64,000 bases of DNA from a candidate division WOR-3 bacterium (GCA_965648905.1 CBFGIT010000009.1:32001-96000), one strand, 5' to 3'. Positions 8,963-18,163 are shown, numbered from the stretch's first letter. Program-made: numbers and translations. The notes: generated by a model not told the origin, from the sequence alone.

Positions 8963-11059
8963 TCAAGCGCCTGGGCAAAGTGGCCGGCCGGCAACGTCAT
9001 CCGTGCTTGATTCGGAATTCGAGCTTCGACCTTCGTGCTTGCGGGACAGGTGCTTCGCAATCTGTCCGGTCACTTCTTCGGCCGGTAGCTCGACCGGCTC
9101 CAGTCCCTTCAAGAATTCGAGCAGGCCGCTGATGTCGAGCGTGAGCATGTGGTCCTCGACTTGTAGCTCCGGCGGCAGAGAGCGAAAGAAAGCGCCCGAG
9201 CCGAGGTTGTCTTCGAGCCGGAGCAGGCTCGAGCTGATGACGTCACGAATGGCCGAGACCTCGGGAACCAGGAACGACTTGAGCCGACGCCGGATTGACG
9301 GGTCAGAGAAGACAAAGACCTTGCCGTCCATGTCACTTGCCGCGATACCCTGTTCGGCAAATGCCTCGGACAGGATGAAGCCGCAGGTTCCGCCCAATAG
9401 ATGCACGAGATGCGTGAACTCGGCGTCGCAGAAATAGGGGAACTGATTCGGCCCTAGGTCAGGGAACAGCCGGGCCTTGAGCACCGGAGCAAGACGGTAG
9501 GAATAGCCGCCGGTGCCCGTGCCTTCAAAAACCTTGGTGTTGGACGAAACGGCGGCAAGCGGCCGTACCAGGAGCCGCTTCTCCTTCTCGCGGTACTCGA
9601 CCAGCTCCCAGGACCGGCCCGCGAGTACGAAGTGATGGAACACAAAGAAGACCGTGCCGATGTGCTGGCCGGTCTCGACCTCGGTGACTTCGAAATTGCC
9701 AAAGGTCTTGTCCTGAATATTGGAGTGTATCTTCCCGGATTCAACCGTGCGCTCCAGACGAGGCCCGGTGAAGTAGATGCCGGAGCGCTGGGATTGGACC
9801 TCACCTGAGTCAATCATCTGCCGGAAAGTACGGTCAATCGGCTCGTCACTGCCGTACAAGGACCTCAGGATGCGACGGACCGAATCGAGCGTTGTGCCGA
9901 TGCGACGGCGCTGAAACAGGTAAGAACCGACCTGCTGGGGAATCACTGCGAGCGACGGCGTGTAGCGCTTTTCGTAGAGCTTTCCGGCCCGGGCGCACTC
10001 AAAGAACGTCTCAAAGAGCATCTTCTCCCAAAGGTCCTGATACAGCCCGATGACGTGGAGATAGGACTGACGCCGCCGGTTGCCGCGGCCGATGCGCTGA
10101 AGCAGCGACGAGACGTTGAACGGCGGCCGGACCAGCACGACCGCATCAATGTCGCCGATGTCGATGCCCAGCTCAAGCGTCGAGGTGCAGCAGAGCAGAC
10201 CGGTTCTTTCCCGGTTCATCCTCGCCTCAACGTTTTCCCTGACTTCCTTGGTCAGGCTGGCGTGATGAACCCAGACCCGGCCTGCGAACGGCGGCCGGTC
10301 GAGCAGTTTGGCCGATGCCTCGGCCGCAGAACGGGCATTGAAAAAGCAGAGCACCTTGCGGCTCTCGCGGCGGGCGAGTTCCGCCACCACATCGGCGTAC
10401 CAAGTGTCATTCATGAACACGAGGGTCTCGTCAATCTCGCGCTGTGCCGAGACCTTGACCACAACCGAATCAGGGAAGTAGCGCTCGCCGATACTGAGGT
10501 CATCGATGGTGGCCGAAAGGGCATAGTAGTGCAGATTCGGGTTCATGAGCCGCAGCCGTTCGAGCAGCACGCGCAACTGGTCTCCGCGCGGCGTATTGTC
10601 CAGCAGATGCAGCTCGTCGAGGATGACGGCGGACAGCTCCTTGAAGATGCGCGTGTGGCGGCAGAGCAGCGAATCGAACGACTCCGGGGTAGTGATGAGC
10701 ACAAACGGCAGGCGCGACTCGTCGATGGCCGGATGGTCCCCGGTCTTGCGGGCGAGTCGCAGCTCAAGCTGCTCAAGCGGCTCGCCCAGGCGCCGGTACA
10801 GGTCATTCACCAGTGCCCGGGTTGGCGAGACATAGAGAATCGAGAACCTTTCCCGCTTGTCGGGCAGGAGCCGCTCAATTGCCGGGGCAACTACGGCTTC
10901 GGTCTTGCCCGAAGCCGCCGGCGAGATGACCACAAGGTTATCGCCGGCAAGGATGCGCGGAATGGTCTCGGTCTGAACTTCGGTCAGTCGGCCGAACCGG
11001 GAGAAGAACGGCGTCCATGTGCGGCGCAGCGCCGCCTTCAGCTCGCGGCTGTCAATCAC
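8963..11059 (-). CDS. Lhr-like SF2 DEAD/DEAH helicase (BrxHI/SngC-like)
   Basis: Q-motif LTEVQ; SPAASGKTE; PTRAL; TTPES; DELH; SAT; TSTLELGIDIG; QRIGRGNRR. Confidence 0.9.
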   Translation of the reverse strand: MIDSRELKAALRRTWTPFFSRFGRLTEVQTETIPRILAGDNLVVISPAASGKTEAVVAPAIERLLPDKRERFSILYVSPTRALVNDLYRRLGEPLEQLELRLARKTGDHPAIDESRLPFVLITTPESFDSLLCRHTRIFKELSAVILDELHLLDNTPRGDQLRVLLERLRLMNPNLHYYALSATIDDLSIGERYFPDSVVVKVSAQREIDETLVFMNDTWYADVVAELARRESRKVLCFFNARSAAEASAKLLDRPPFAGRVWVHHASLTKEVRENVEARMNRERTGLLCCTSTLELGIDIGDIDAVVLVRPPFNVSSLLQRIGRGNRRRQSYLHVIGLYQDLWEKMLFETFFECARAGKLYEKRYTPSLAVIPQQVGSYLFQRRRIGTTLDSVRRILRSLYGSDEPIDRTFRQMIDSGEVQSQRSGIYFTGPRLERTVESGKIHSNIQDKTFGNFEVTEVETGQHIGTVFFVFHHFVLAGRSWELVEYREKEKRLLVRPLAAVSSNTKVFEGTGTGGYSYRLAPVLKARLFPDLGPNQFPYFCDAEFTHLVHLLGGTCGFILSEAFAEQGIAASDMDGKVFVFSDPSIRRRLKSFLVPEVSAIRDVISSSLLRLEDNLGSGAFFRSLPPELQVEDHMLTLDISGLLEFLKGLEPVELPAEEVTGQIAKHLSRKHEGRSSNSESSTDDVAGRPLCPGA
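9007..9041. repeat. Heptamer tandem array (TTCGnnn)x4; right arm of the inverted repeat, inside the helicase 3' tail
   Basis: ttcggaa ttcgagc ttcgacc ttcgtgc. Confidence 0.7.
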
Positions 11060-11067
11060 GGTCCTGC

Positions 11068-12426
11068 TCAGGAGCCGACCGCGCGGGCAGGCAGCGTCCC
11101 GGCAGCGCGCAGGCGGGCCACGTCGAGCGCTTCGACCGAGAACTTGATGAACGCTCTGACCCCTTCGATGTTCCGACGCGTGGCCTCCCGCAGCACCTTC
11201 TTCTGCTCCAGCTCGGTCAGTTCAAATCCGGGATAGGCCCGAGCATAGATCATCACCATCGTCGAGAAGGCGTCAATCAACGCCTGGTCCGACAACGGGT
11301 CAAGCTCGATGCGATGGCGGACACGGTTCGCCAGCTTGATGTAAGCGTAGTCGTACGGACTCGGTGTGGTGGCAAAGACCAGCAGCAGGGCCGGGTCGCG
11401 GTAGATGTAGGGGACCGGCCGTACCTTGTTGTGGATCATCCGGTCGCTCACCCGTTTCAGGTCCCGGTCGTTCTGGGACATCCGCACCAGTCCGTCCATG
11501 AAGTTGACGCTCTTGGTCAGGTAGATGACGTCCCAGAGCCGGGTCACGGTCTCGGCCTCGTCAATCAGGAGCACAAGCCCCTTCATGCCGAGCTGACGGC
11601 ACATCCAGCTTATCCCCGAGATGATATTGCAGTAGAAGTCGGCCGCGGTCGAGAAGTCGTAGAGCGCCGGGATGCGCTGGCCGCCCTTCACCCGGTACGG
11701 CCCCTGCAGCTCGGTCGCATACTCCTTGGTACTCTCGCCCTCAATCCACTGCCAGAGCACCTCGCTCTGAACCTGGGCCGGGTCAATCCGTTTGAGCTTG
11801 GCCAGAACCGGACCGAAAAAGACGTGGTCGCTCATGTCCAGCTCGGTCGCCTTGAGCAGCAGGTCACGGAACCCGTGTTCACGGTCCTCGCTGATATAAC
11901 GGAGGTTGTGAACGAGTTCCCGATAGACCCTCTTGGGTCGGTGAGGTGTGACCTCAAGCGGGTCAAACTGAACCAGACTCGTGGCCATGCCTCGGGCCAG
12001 GGCGCGATGATGAAAGTACTCAAGCAGGTGGGTCTTGCCCGTGCCGTACTCGCCCTCGGCCATGTAGACGTCACCCCTGCCCTTGGTGAGCTCACGCAGT
12101 GCAGCCTCAATGGTCTCGACCTGCTGCTCGCGGCCGAAAGTGAACGACTCGACGTCCTGATGCGGCACGATGCCGAGCCGGAACGCCTCAATCATCCGAC
12201 GCGCCTGTATCCGGTCAATCGCGGCAAATCCGGGCTTGCCGCCCGAAGGCATCAGGTCGTCAATGCGCGCCAGCAGCCGAACCCGCTGGGTTGGAAGCCA
12301 GAGCCGCAGCCCGGTCTGAAACTGAACCAACAGCTCGGTGCCGCGCCAGCGGGTATCGAGAATCTCGCCCTCGCCGAACACCGGATGGGATACGAGACGA
12401 GGACGGTGCTGGTCAGAACTCTTCAC
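11068..12426 (-). CDS. DUF2791/BrxD-like P-loop ATPase with N-terminal Tudor-like (PcrA/UvrD-CTD-like) domain
   Basis: IEAFRLGIVP...FTFGRE; Walker A GEYGTGKTH; Walker B LVLLIDEAE; N-terminal VSHPVFGEGEIL....LLVQFQTG. Confidence 0.8.
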   Translation of the reverse strand: MKSSDQHRPRLVSHPVFGEGEILDTRWRGTELLVQFQTGLRLWLPTQRVRLLARIDDLMPSGGKPGFAAIDRIQARRMIEAFRLGIVPHQDVESFTFGREQQVETIEAALRELTKGRGDVYMAEGEYGTGKTHLLEYFHHRALARGMATSLVQFDPLEVTPHRPKRVYRELVHNLRYISEDREHGFRDLLLKATELDMSDHVFFGPVLAKLKRIDPAQVQSEVLWQWIEGESTKEYATELQGPYRVKGGQRIPALYDFSTAADFYCNIISGISWMCRQLGMKGLVLLIDEAETVTRLWDVIYLTKSVNFMDGLVRMSQNDRDLKRVSDRMIHNKVRPVPYIYRDPALLLVFATTPSPYDYAYIKLANRVRHRIELDPLSDQALIDAFSTMVMIYARAYPGFELTELEQKKVLREATRRNIEGVRAFIKFSVEALDVARLRAAGTLPARAVGS

Positions 12427-13684
12427 TCTCGACCTCGGCCTTCTGCGCCTGCTCCAGCTTCTGGGTCGTCACGCGCAGGAGCTTCTCTGCCTCCTTGCGA
12501 CCGAACTCGAGCGCAGGGTTGGCTCGGAGCTGATGCAGCGCCTCAACCGCGGCGACAACAAACAGGCGGCGATAGCCGACGTCGAACGCGAAAGCCGAAA
12601 CCGCAAGCTGGGCGAGCTCCCGGATGGCTGCCTCGCTCCGGGCCGGCACCAGGGTGACTTCATAAGCGGCCTGGAACAACTCGGTCAGTCGGCTGCCCAG
12701 TTGTCTTAGCAGCTCGACCGGCTCGATACCAAGGTCTTCAAGGTTGATTCGCACGCCGACCGGGTTGGTTTCAGACAGGGCGCTGCGCAGCCGCTGCTTC
12801 AGAGCTTCGTACACCCCGCTCGAACCCTCGAGCAGCAGATTCTCATCGGGGACGGCGTAAAAGAACATCGCACCGGGCAGGCGTGAGTTGCCGCATTCGT
12901 CCACGAGTTGACGCAGATTGTCGAGTGCCCGACGCTTGTCGCGCGACGAGGCGATCGACATGCCGCGCTCAGCCTCATCGAAGAGCAGGACCAGCCCGGA
13001 ATAGCCGATGCCGTGCACCCACTGAATCAGTGAACGAAGCATCCGGAACGCGGTCGCCTTGTCAATTCGCTCTGATATCCGATGCTGGGCGCGGATGTCC
13101 TTGGATACGTCCTCACCCTTCAACCACTGGCAGACCTCGCTGAATCCGGCTCCGTCCTCGGCCAAGAGGCACGAGAACGCGCCCCGCACCGCGTTGACAA
13201 AGCTCGTGCTCTCGGTCGTCGGCAGAGTCTCAAGGTAGCGGTGCAGGTTCTCAACCCGGTCATGCCGGCCACGCTGTTCTGCGACCCACTTCTTCACCAG
13301 TGACTCGATGCCCTTGTCCCAGACCGCGGACGGCTGGTCCGTGGCAACCGGCGCGGTGACATTGGCTGCAATGCCCTTGTACACGAGTTCGAGCTTGTCG
13401 AACGGGCATTCGGTCGGATTCAGGCTGACATAGGCCACGCAGTAGTTGTGCCGAAACGCCAGGTTGCGCACCGAGTAGAGGAAATGGGTCTTGCCGCCGC
13501 CATAGTTGCCGGTAATCAGCTTGAAGCTTGAGAGGTTCGACTTCAGGATGCCGTCAAGGTACTCCTCCTCGATGACCTTCAAGTAAGTGTCAAGCCCGAC
13601 CGTGAACGCCTCGATGCCAAACTCGGGCGGAGTCCCGGTCGAACCCAGCTTGTTCACGATCGCCTTGGCAAGCTGCTTATCCAT
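12413..13684 (-). CDS. DUF2791/BrxD-like P-loop ATPase
   Basis: GTPPEFG..FTVG; Walker A GNYGGGKTH; PFDKLELVY; GYSGLVLLFDEAE; YEALKQRL; ATG 13684 overlaps the upstream stop (ATGGATAA). Confidence 0.85.
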   Translation of the reverse strand: MDKQLAKAIVNKLGSTGTPPEFGIEAFTVGLDTYLKVIEEEYLDGILKSNLSSFKLITGNYGGGKTHFLYSVRNLAFRHNYCVAYVSLNPTECPFDKLELVYKGIAANVTAPVATDQPSAVWDKGIESLVKKWVAEQRGRHDRVENLHRYLETLPTTESTSFVNAVRGAFSCLLAEDGAGFSEVCQWLKGEDVSKDIRAQHRISERIDKATAFRMLRSLIQWVHGIGYSGLVLLFDEAERGMSIASSRDKRRALDNLRQLVDECGNSRLPGAMFFYAVPDENLLLEGSSGVYEALKQRLRSALSETNPVGVRINLEDLGIEPVELLRQLGSRLTELFQAAYEVTLVPARSEAAIRELAQLAVSAFAFDVGYRRLFVVAAVEALHQLRANPALEFGRKEAEKLLRVTTQKLEQAQKAEVESEEF

Positions 13685-14561
13685 CGGTGCGGGTCGCGGC
13701 TGACTGCTGTTGGCTGACGGCTGACGTGAACGAAACGTATGAGTAATGCGTGCCTTCCCCTTCTTCGTTGTCCGGCACCCACAGCGCCCTTGCCTTCTCA
13801 GTGGTCGCGTCGAAATTCGCGACATGCAGCTTCATCCGGTCCTCACCGGTCTGGAAGTGCCCGGCCTGTCGCAGCCGGAACAGGTCAAAGCTGAATCGCA
13901 CCCGGGGATACTCGACGAACTTGTCCTGCACCGGGTTGAGCCGAAAAGCCGGTGGCTGAATCAGCATCGTGATTTCAGCCAGCAGGTCAAGCAGAAAGAC
14001 ACGCGTACCCGGGACCAGGTTGTTGAATGCCACGACCCGCCGGTATGCCGAGTGCATCAGCTCGGCAAGCCGGGCCGGCTCGACCGACTTGTCCTTGAGC
14101 GCGTCCTGGTAAGCTCGGAGCGTACGCGCCAGTTCAGCCGGGACCAGCTTGAGTCCGGACTTCAGCTTCTCGACCTCCGGACCCCAGAACACGGTTGCGG
14201 TCCCGGCATCGAAGTCAGTGCGCAGCGTGAAACACCCGATTCTGAGCATCGGCAACTGACCCCGAACCGTAAGCCCCGAACCGTCGAGACCGGCCACGAG
14301 TTTCCGGCCGAACTCAAACCTGAACTCATCGCGGCTCTTCTCCACGGCTGCAGACTCTTCCTTCAGCCAATCCAGCACTCGGTTCCTTGCCTCGGACTCA
14401 GGGAACGCCTGCACCAGTCGACCGATCTCCTCCACGGCCTTGGCACGGACGCTGGCGTTACTGACCGGGTCGGAGAGCAGCGGACGATAGGCGCTGAGCC
14501 GCTTGACCAGCTTCTCGGCCTGGCGCGAGAGGCTCTCGAGCAATTCGACAAGCCCTTCCAT
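13677..14561 (-). CDS. Hypothetical protein (294 aa), first gene of the ATPase-ATPase-helicase operon
   Basis: Long ORF overlapping the next gene by 8 nt; helical N-terminus; C-terminal YPRVRFSFDLFRL...ATTEKARALWVP; no family recognised. Confidence 0.8.
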   Translation of the reverse strand: MEGLVELLESLSRQAEKLVKRLSAYRPLLSDPVSNASVRAKAVEEIGRLVQAFPESEARNRVLDWLKEESAAVEKSRDEFRFEFGRKLVAGLDGSGLTVRGQLPMLRIGCFTLRTDFDAGTATVFWGPEVEKLKSGLKLVPAELARTLRAYQDALKDKSVEPARLAELMHSAYRRVVAFNNLVPGTRVFLLDLLAEITMLIQPPAFRLNPVQDKFVEYPRVRFSFDLFRLRQAGHFQTGEDRMKLHVANFDATTEKARALWVPDNEEGEGTHYSYVSFTSAVSQQQSAATRTDG

Positions 14562-14569
14562 AATCAATG

Positions 14570-14597
14570 AGTATAAGCGTGAGGAGATAGAAGTCAA
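14570..14597 (-). promoter_or_regulatory. Sigma70-type promoter for the 4-gene operon
   Basis: TTGACT-16nt-TATACT, 8 nt before ATG 14561, no SD. Confidence 0.65.
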
Positions 14598-14704
14598 TCA
14601 GGCTGGAACCGACCATGACCCGGCTCGGGTTCAGGCGCTACGAATGAACTAGGCAGGTACTGGTCTGCGAGCACCCGACCAAGCCGGGCCGGTGATGTGC
14701 GAAA

Positions 14705-15103
14705 CTACCGGTTCGGCGCAGAGGTCAGGGCGCGGTGGACTGCGGCCATCAGACACCGGCTGCTTCCGGTCGCACCGGTAACAACCTCCACGTCCGGACT
14801 CTGGGCTGCGACGATGCGGGCCAGGACTTCTTTGGCTTCATAGCCGGGCCCGGCATGCTGGTCGAGCACCTCAACCGACGTGATGCGGCCGCCGGCGACC
14901 GACACTCTCACCTTGGCCGATACCAGAAAATCGCCGAACATTCCGGTGTATGTTCCATCGGCGAGCTTCGACACATCAACGCCCGCCTTGGGCGCACTGA
15001 GCATGACTCTCCGCATTCGGTTGAATCTCACGACGAACCATCCGGCAAAGCCGAGGACGATAACGATAAGCACCAACAGGACAACAAGCAGTCTCTTCTT
15101 CAC
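14705..15103 (-). CDS. Membrane-anchored FMN-binding (flavinylation) domain protein
   Basis: N-terminal TM helix; DGTYTG; V.VAGGRITSVEV; AQSPDVEVVTGATGSS flavinylation-like motif. Confidence 0.85.
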   Translation of the reverse strand: MKKRLLVVLLVLIVIVLGFAGWFVVRFNRMRRVMLSAPKAGVDVSKLADGTYTGMFGDFLVSAKVRVSVAGGRITSVEVLDQHAGPGYEAKEVLARIVAAQSPDVEVVTGATGSSRCLMAAVHRALTSAPNR

Positions 15104-15202
15104 GACGCAGTCTATCGAGTGCCAGGACGTGGGTCAAGCCGACGGTGTTCGTGACCTGGTACTGACTGGTGGAACCGTTCGAGGAGAAACCAGCCGGTCG
15201 GG

Positions 15203-16360
15203 CTACACCAGCCTGATACGGTGTCGCGCCAGTGCTCGGCCTTTCCAAGTAGTCTGGCCCAAGACCGTCAGCACGATTGAGCGCAGGCCAATGTAGGCGC
15301 ATACAAGAATCGTCAACGGATAGAGCAGGGCCAGGCGTCTGGGCAGGCTGTACTTGAGTGCAAGAAGCAGCCAGAGCAGCCCGGCAAGGAGCACAGTCGC
15401 AATCGCGGCTGCGAATTGACCATCGTACTGTGCCAGCGCGATACTTGCGCCAACTGCCAAGAGCGGGTGCCAGGTGATTAGCAGCATCCAGAACCAGACA
15501 AACAAGGCGGGCAAGAGCCGGTACCCGAACAAGGCAAAGAAGTTCTTGCTGAACCCCTCGATTGCCTCGCTGAAACCAGAGTACATTCGTGCCGACACCT
15601 CGCCCGACGCGTCGAGCAGACGCCAGCGCAGGCCGTGCCGCTTTACCCGGCGGCACAGGGCCAGGTCTTCGGTCGCGTCGTCCCGCACCGCAGCGTGGCC
15701 GCCGATGTGGTCGTAGGCCGCGCGCCGGAAGAGCATGAACTTGCCGTTGGCCGCAGAAAGAAAGCTCGACCTACGCAGTAGATAGGCAATGCCGAGCGGC
15801 AGGATGGTGCCGATGCTCCAGACCAGGAACGGAACCGTCATTTGTTCGCCCAGTGTGAGCACCTGGTTACGCGTGACCGCGGTGAGGAAATCGGCCCGGG
15901 TGGCTCCAAACGCGTCTACGGCATGCCGCAGGGCTTCAGGGGAGAACACCGTATCTGCGTCGGTGAAGAGCAGTAGCTCGCCGGTCGCGGCATCGGCAAG
16001 CTGCTGGCAGGCCCAGCTCTTGCCGACCCATCCTTCGGGCAGGGGCTGGCCCGAAAGCACACGCAGGCGTGCGTCAGCCATGCGAGTGAGAATCGCAGCA
16101 GTGTTGTCGGTCGAGCCATCATCGAGCACAAGCAGTTCGAAGTTTTCGTAGTCCTGCGCCAAGAGCGAGGAGATACAGGCTTCGATATGCTCTGCCTCGT
16201 TTCGTACTGGCACCAGTACTGAGACGCGGGGATGGTATTGCGATGGGCCAAAGGCGGAGAGCCGTTTCATCAGCAGCGCATTGGTCACTGCTATTACGGC
16301 CTGCACCCCGACAAAGATAAGGACGCGGTAGGAGTCAATGAACACAGTCCAGCCGTTCAC
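15203..16360 (-). CDS. Glycosyltransferase family 2 with TM helices (CrtQ/HpnB-like lipid glycosyltransferase)
   Basis: VSVLVPVRNE, DDGSTD, LPEGWVGKSWAC, FTDAD, EDLAL, RMY motifs. Confidence 0.85.
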   Translation of the reverse strand: MNGWTVFIDSYRVLIFVGVQAVIAVTNALLMKRLSAFGPSQYHPRVSVLVPVRNEAEHIEACISSLLAQDYENFELLVLDDGSTDNTAAILTRMADARLRVLSGQPLPEGWVGKSWACQQLADAATGELLLFTDADTVFSPEALRHAVDAFGATRADFLTAVTRNQVLTLGEQMTVPFLVWSIGTILPLGIAYLLRRSSFLSAANGKFMLFRRAAYDHIGGHAAVRDDATEDLALCRRVKRHGLRWRLLDASGEVSARMYSGFSEAIEGFSKNFFALFGYRLLPALFVWFWMLLITWHPLLAVGASIALAQYDGQFAAAIATVLLAGLLWLLLALKYSLPRRLALLYPLTILVCAYIGLRSIVLTVLGQTTWKGRALARHRIRLV

Positions 16361-16361
16361 G

Positions 16362-16925
16362 CTAGCGGGGCCTCAGTTTCCGACCATGGGTCCAGGCGAG
16401 CACGAGGATATTGAGCAGGCACAGGACAACGGCCGGCGACTGGCGCAGCCGCAGCACGACATAAGCGAACAGCGCTGTCATTCCGAGAATCACGACCCAG
16501 GCGTCGTTTCTGATACGCAGCAGGAACTTCCCGACCAAGAATGCCGCACCGAGCAGGCAGGGCGCTTCCCAGAGCGTGATACCAGACCATACGCCAAAGG
16601 TCACGGCAATCGCCTTGCCCCCACGGAACTCAAGGAACGGTGAGAAGGCATGACCCAGCACCGGTGCAATGGCAACCGGTACCAAGGCCCAACTGCTGAC
16701 TTGGAGAAACCAGACCGCACAGGCGACCGGGACCGCACCTTTGAGAAAGTCGAACAGGAGCGCCGGGATGCCGATTGCTGGTCCGGCTGCCTTGAACGCG
16801 TTGACTGCACCGGGATTGCCGTCACCAACCTGCTGTATGTCCTTGCCGGCCAGGCGCGCAAGCCAGCAGGAGAACGGCAGTGCGCCGGAAACAAAGGACA
16901 CGAGAGTCAGGCCAGCCACGGTCAT
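16362..16925 (-). CDS. plsY: PlsY-family acyltransferase
   Basis: GALPFS, DIQQVGDGNPGAVN, DFLKG, GHAFSPFLEFRGGKAIA motifs. Confidence 0.8.
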   Translation of the reverse strand: MTVAGLTLVSFVSGALPFSCWLARLAGKDIQQVGDGNPGAVNAFKAAGPAIGIPALLFDFLKGAVPVACAVWFLQVSSWALVPVAIAPVLGHAFSPFLEFRGGKAIAVTFGVWSGITLWEAPCLLGAAFLVGKFLLRIRNDAWVVILGMTALFAYVVLRLRQSPAVVLCLLNILVLAWTHGRKLRPR

Positions 16926-17659
16926 GGTGGCAGCACAATCCTCTCTCGAAAAAGGGAATCGTCAAACCCGGAGTTCAACCTGTAGTTGGAGTACCGGTCT
17001 TCGATTTCGATGTGACGGTCGAGCATAGTGAGGATGACCTTGAACCTCAGGTCCAGCATCATCCTGAATCGCACCGGCAGCCAGACGTTCTGCACACGTT
17101 CGTAGTCCAGGGTCATGCCAATGTCGCGGACAACAAAGGGCACCCGGGCCGGTGCGAACTGCATGCCGACAATGTCGAAGCTGTCCTTGAGCACAAGCGC
17201 CCGGCCGCGCACATGGCGGCTGGACTTCTGCCGCGGCTCAAAACCCAGTACCCAAACCGGCATGTCGGGAAACGAGTCGGTTCCCAGAAGAGAGTACCGA
17301 TACTCGTCCTTGGTCTCAAGCATCAGGGGCATCCGTGTGTTGCCTGCCACCAGTCCCTTTGACCTGAGATCGTTCACCTCGCGCTCCAGTTGCCGGCCGA
17401 GAAGCTTGTGTCCATCAACTTTCACAGAAAGAATGTCGTGGCGCTGCCGTTCATAGCCTTTCATCGAGACGCGACGGAGGCAGTTCACCTGCCGCGAGCG
17501 GCCCTGCCGCAGGTCGGTCTCAGTGTAGCGGTAGTCAGCGTTATAGCTTATATCCCGGATGCGCTCGCTGAGCACCTGCTGACGGCAAGACACGGCCTGG
17601 CTGACCGATTCAGCAGTGACCGGCAACTGACCGCGGACCGCGCCGGCTAATAGCAACAT
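16922..17659 (-). CDS. Hypothetical exported beta-rich protein
   Basis: 245-aa ORF overlapping the plsY start (ATGA); FEPR...GRALV..DSFDIV and VWLP...YSNYRLN patterns. Confidence 0.65.
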   Translation of the reverse strand: MLLLAGAVRGQLPVTAESVSQAVSCRQQVLSERIRDISYNADYRYTETDLRQGRSRQVNCLRRVSMKGYERQRHDILSVKVDGHKLLGRQLEREVNDLRSKGLVAGNTRMPLMLETKDEYRYSLLGTDSFPDMPVWVLGFEPRQKSSRHVRGRALVLKDSFDIVGMQFAPARVPFVVRDIGMTLDYERVQNVWLPVRFRMMLDLRFKVILTMLDRHIEIEDRYSNYRLNSGFDDSLFRERIVLPP

Positions 17660-17753
17660 GCTGAGCAGTCTGCGTGGTGTGTAGAACGTACTCCACTATG
17701 CACCAGGAAACTCCAGATGTCAACTGGGCCGTGATAGATGACGCAGAAGACGT

Positions 17754-17775
17754 CATGATAGTAATTACTATCATG
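17754..17775. repeat. Perfect 22-bp palindrome CATGATAGTAATTACTATCATG, head of a dispersed non-coding element
   Basis: Self-reverse-complementary; a 19/22 copy lies at 54387..54408. Confidence 0.75.
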
Positions 17776-18163
17776 GGCGATGTGGGACGGCAGCGTGCTA
17801 ACTAACAATCAGTCAGTAAGTTATGCGGCTGGGACTTCGTCTACCTCCCCGGTCTCCCAAGCCGTATTGTCAGCCATGTTTCAATGAGCATGTGGCAGAG
17901 TGTTGCCCGGCGTAGCTCTGCATCTCTGTTGCGTGGCCGCACCTCAGGTCTAACCCTGAGCAGTGCCGCACGTAGTTTCACACGCAGCAGCTCCAGCCCA
18001 AACTAGAGCAGAAGCCTATGCTGTTCTGCCCGCAGTTGGGCGTGCACTCAGGTGTCCGTCTGCGTTGGCGGCAAACACGGCTGTTGTGGCGGTGCTGGTT
18101 GCGGCAAGGGCTGTCGCGATGTCGGCAGCGAAGGTCATGCGAAGTGACAGCAGCCGCACGCGC

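Noticed and set aside
10055..12657. Long opposite-strand or alternate-frame ORFs (e.g. 10055..11236, 11017..12657, 31655..33028, 45819..47144, 63033..63908)
   Set aside because: Shadow ORFs of well-supported genes in GC-rich DNA, with no recognisable motifs
8963..14561. Complete BREX or canonical Shango system
   Set aside because: No pglZ, pglX or brxC and no recognisable TerB-domain gene in the window
17795..17827. Integron attC site (GCTAAC…GTTATGC)
   Set aside because: Too short for an attC, with no integrase or cassette array
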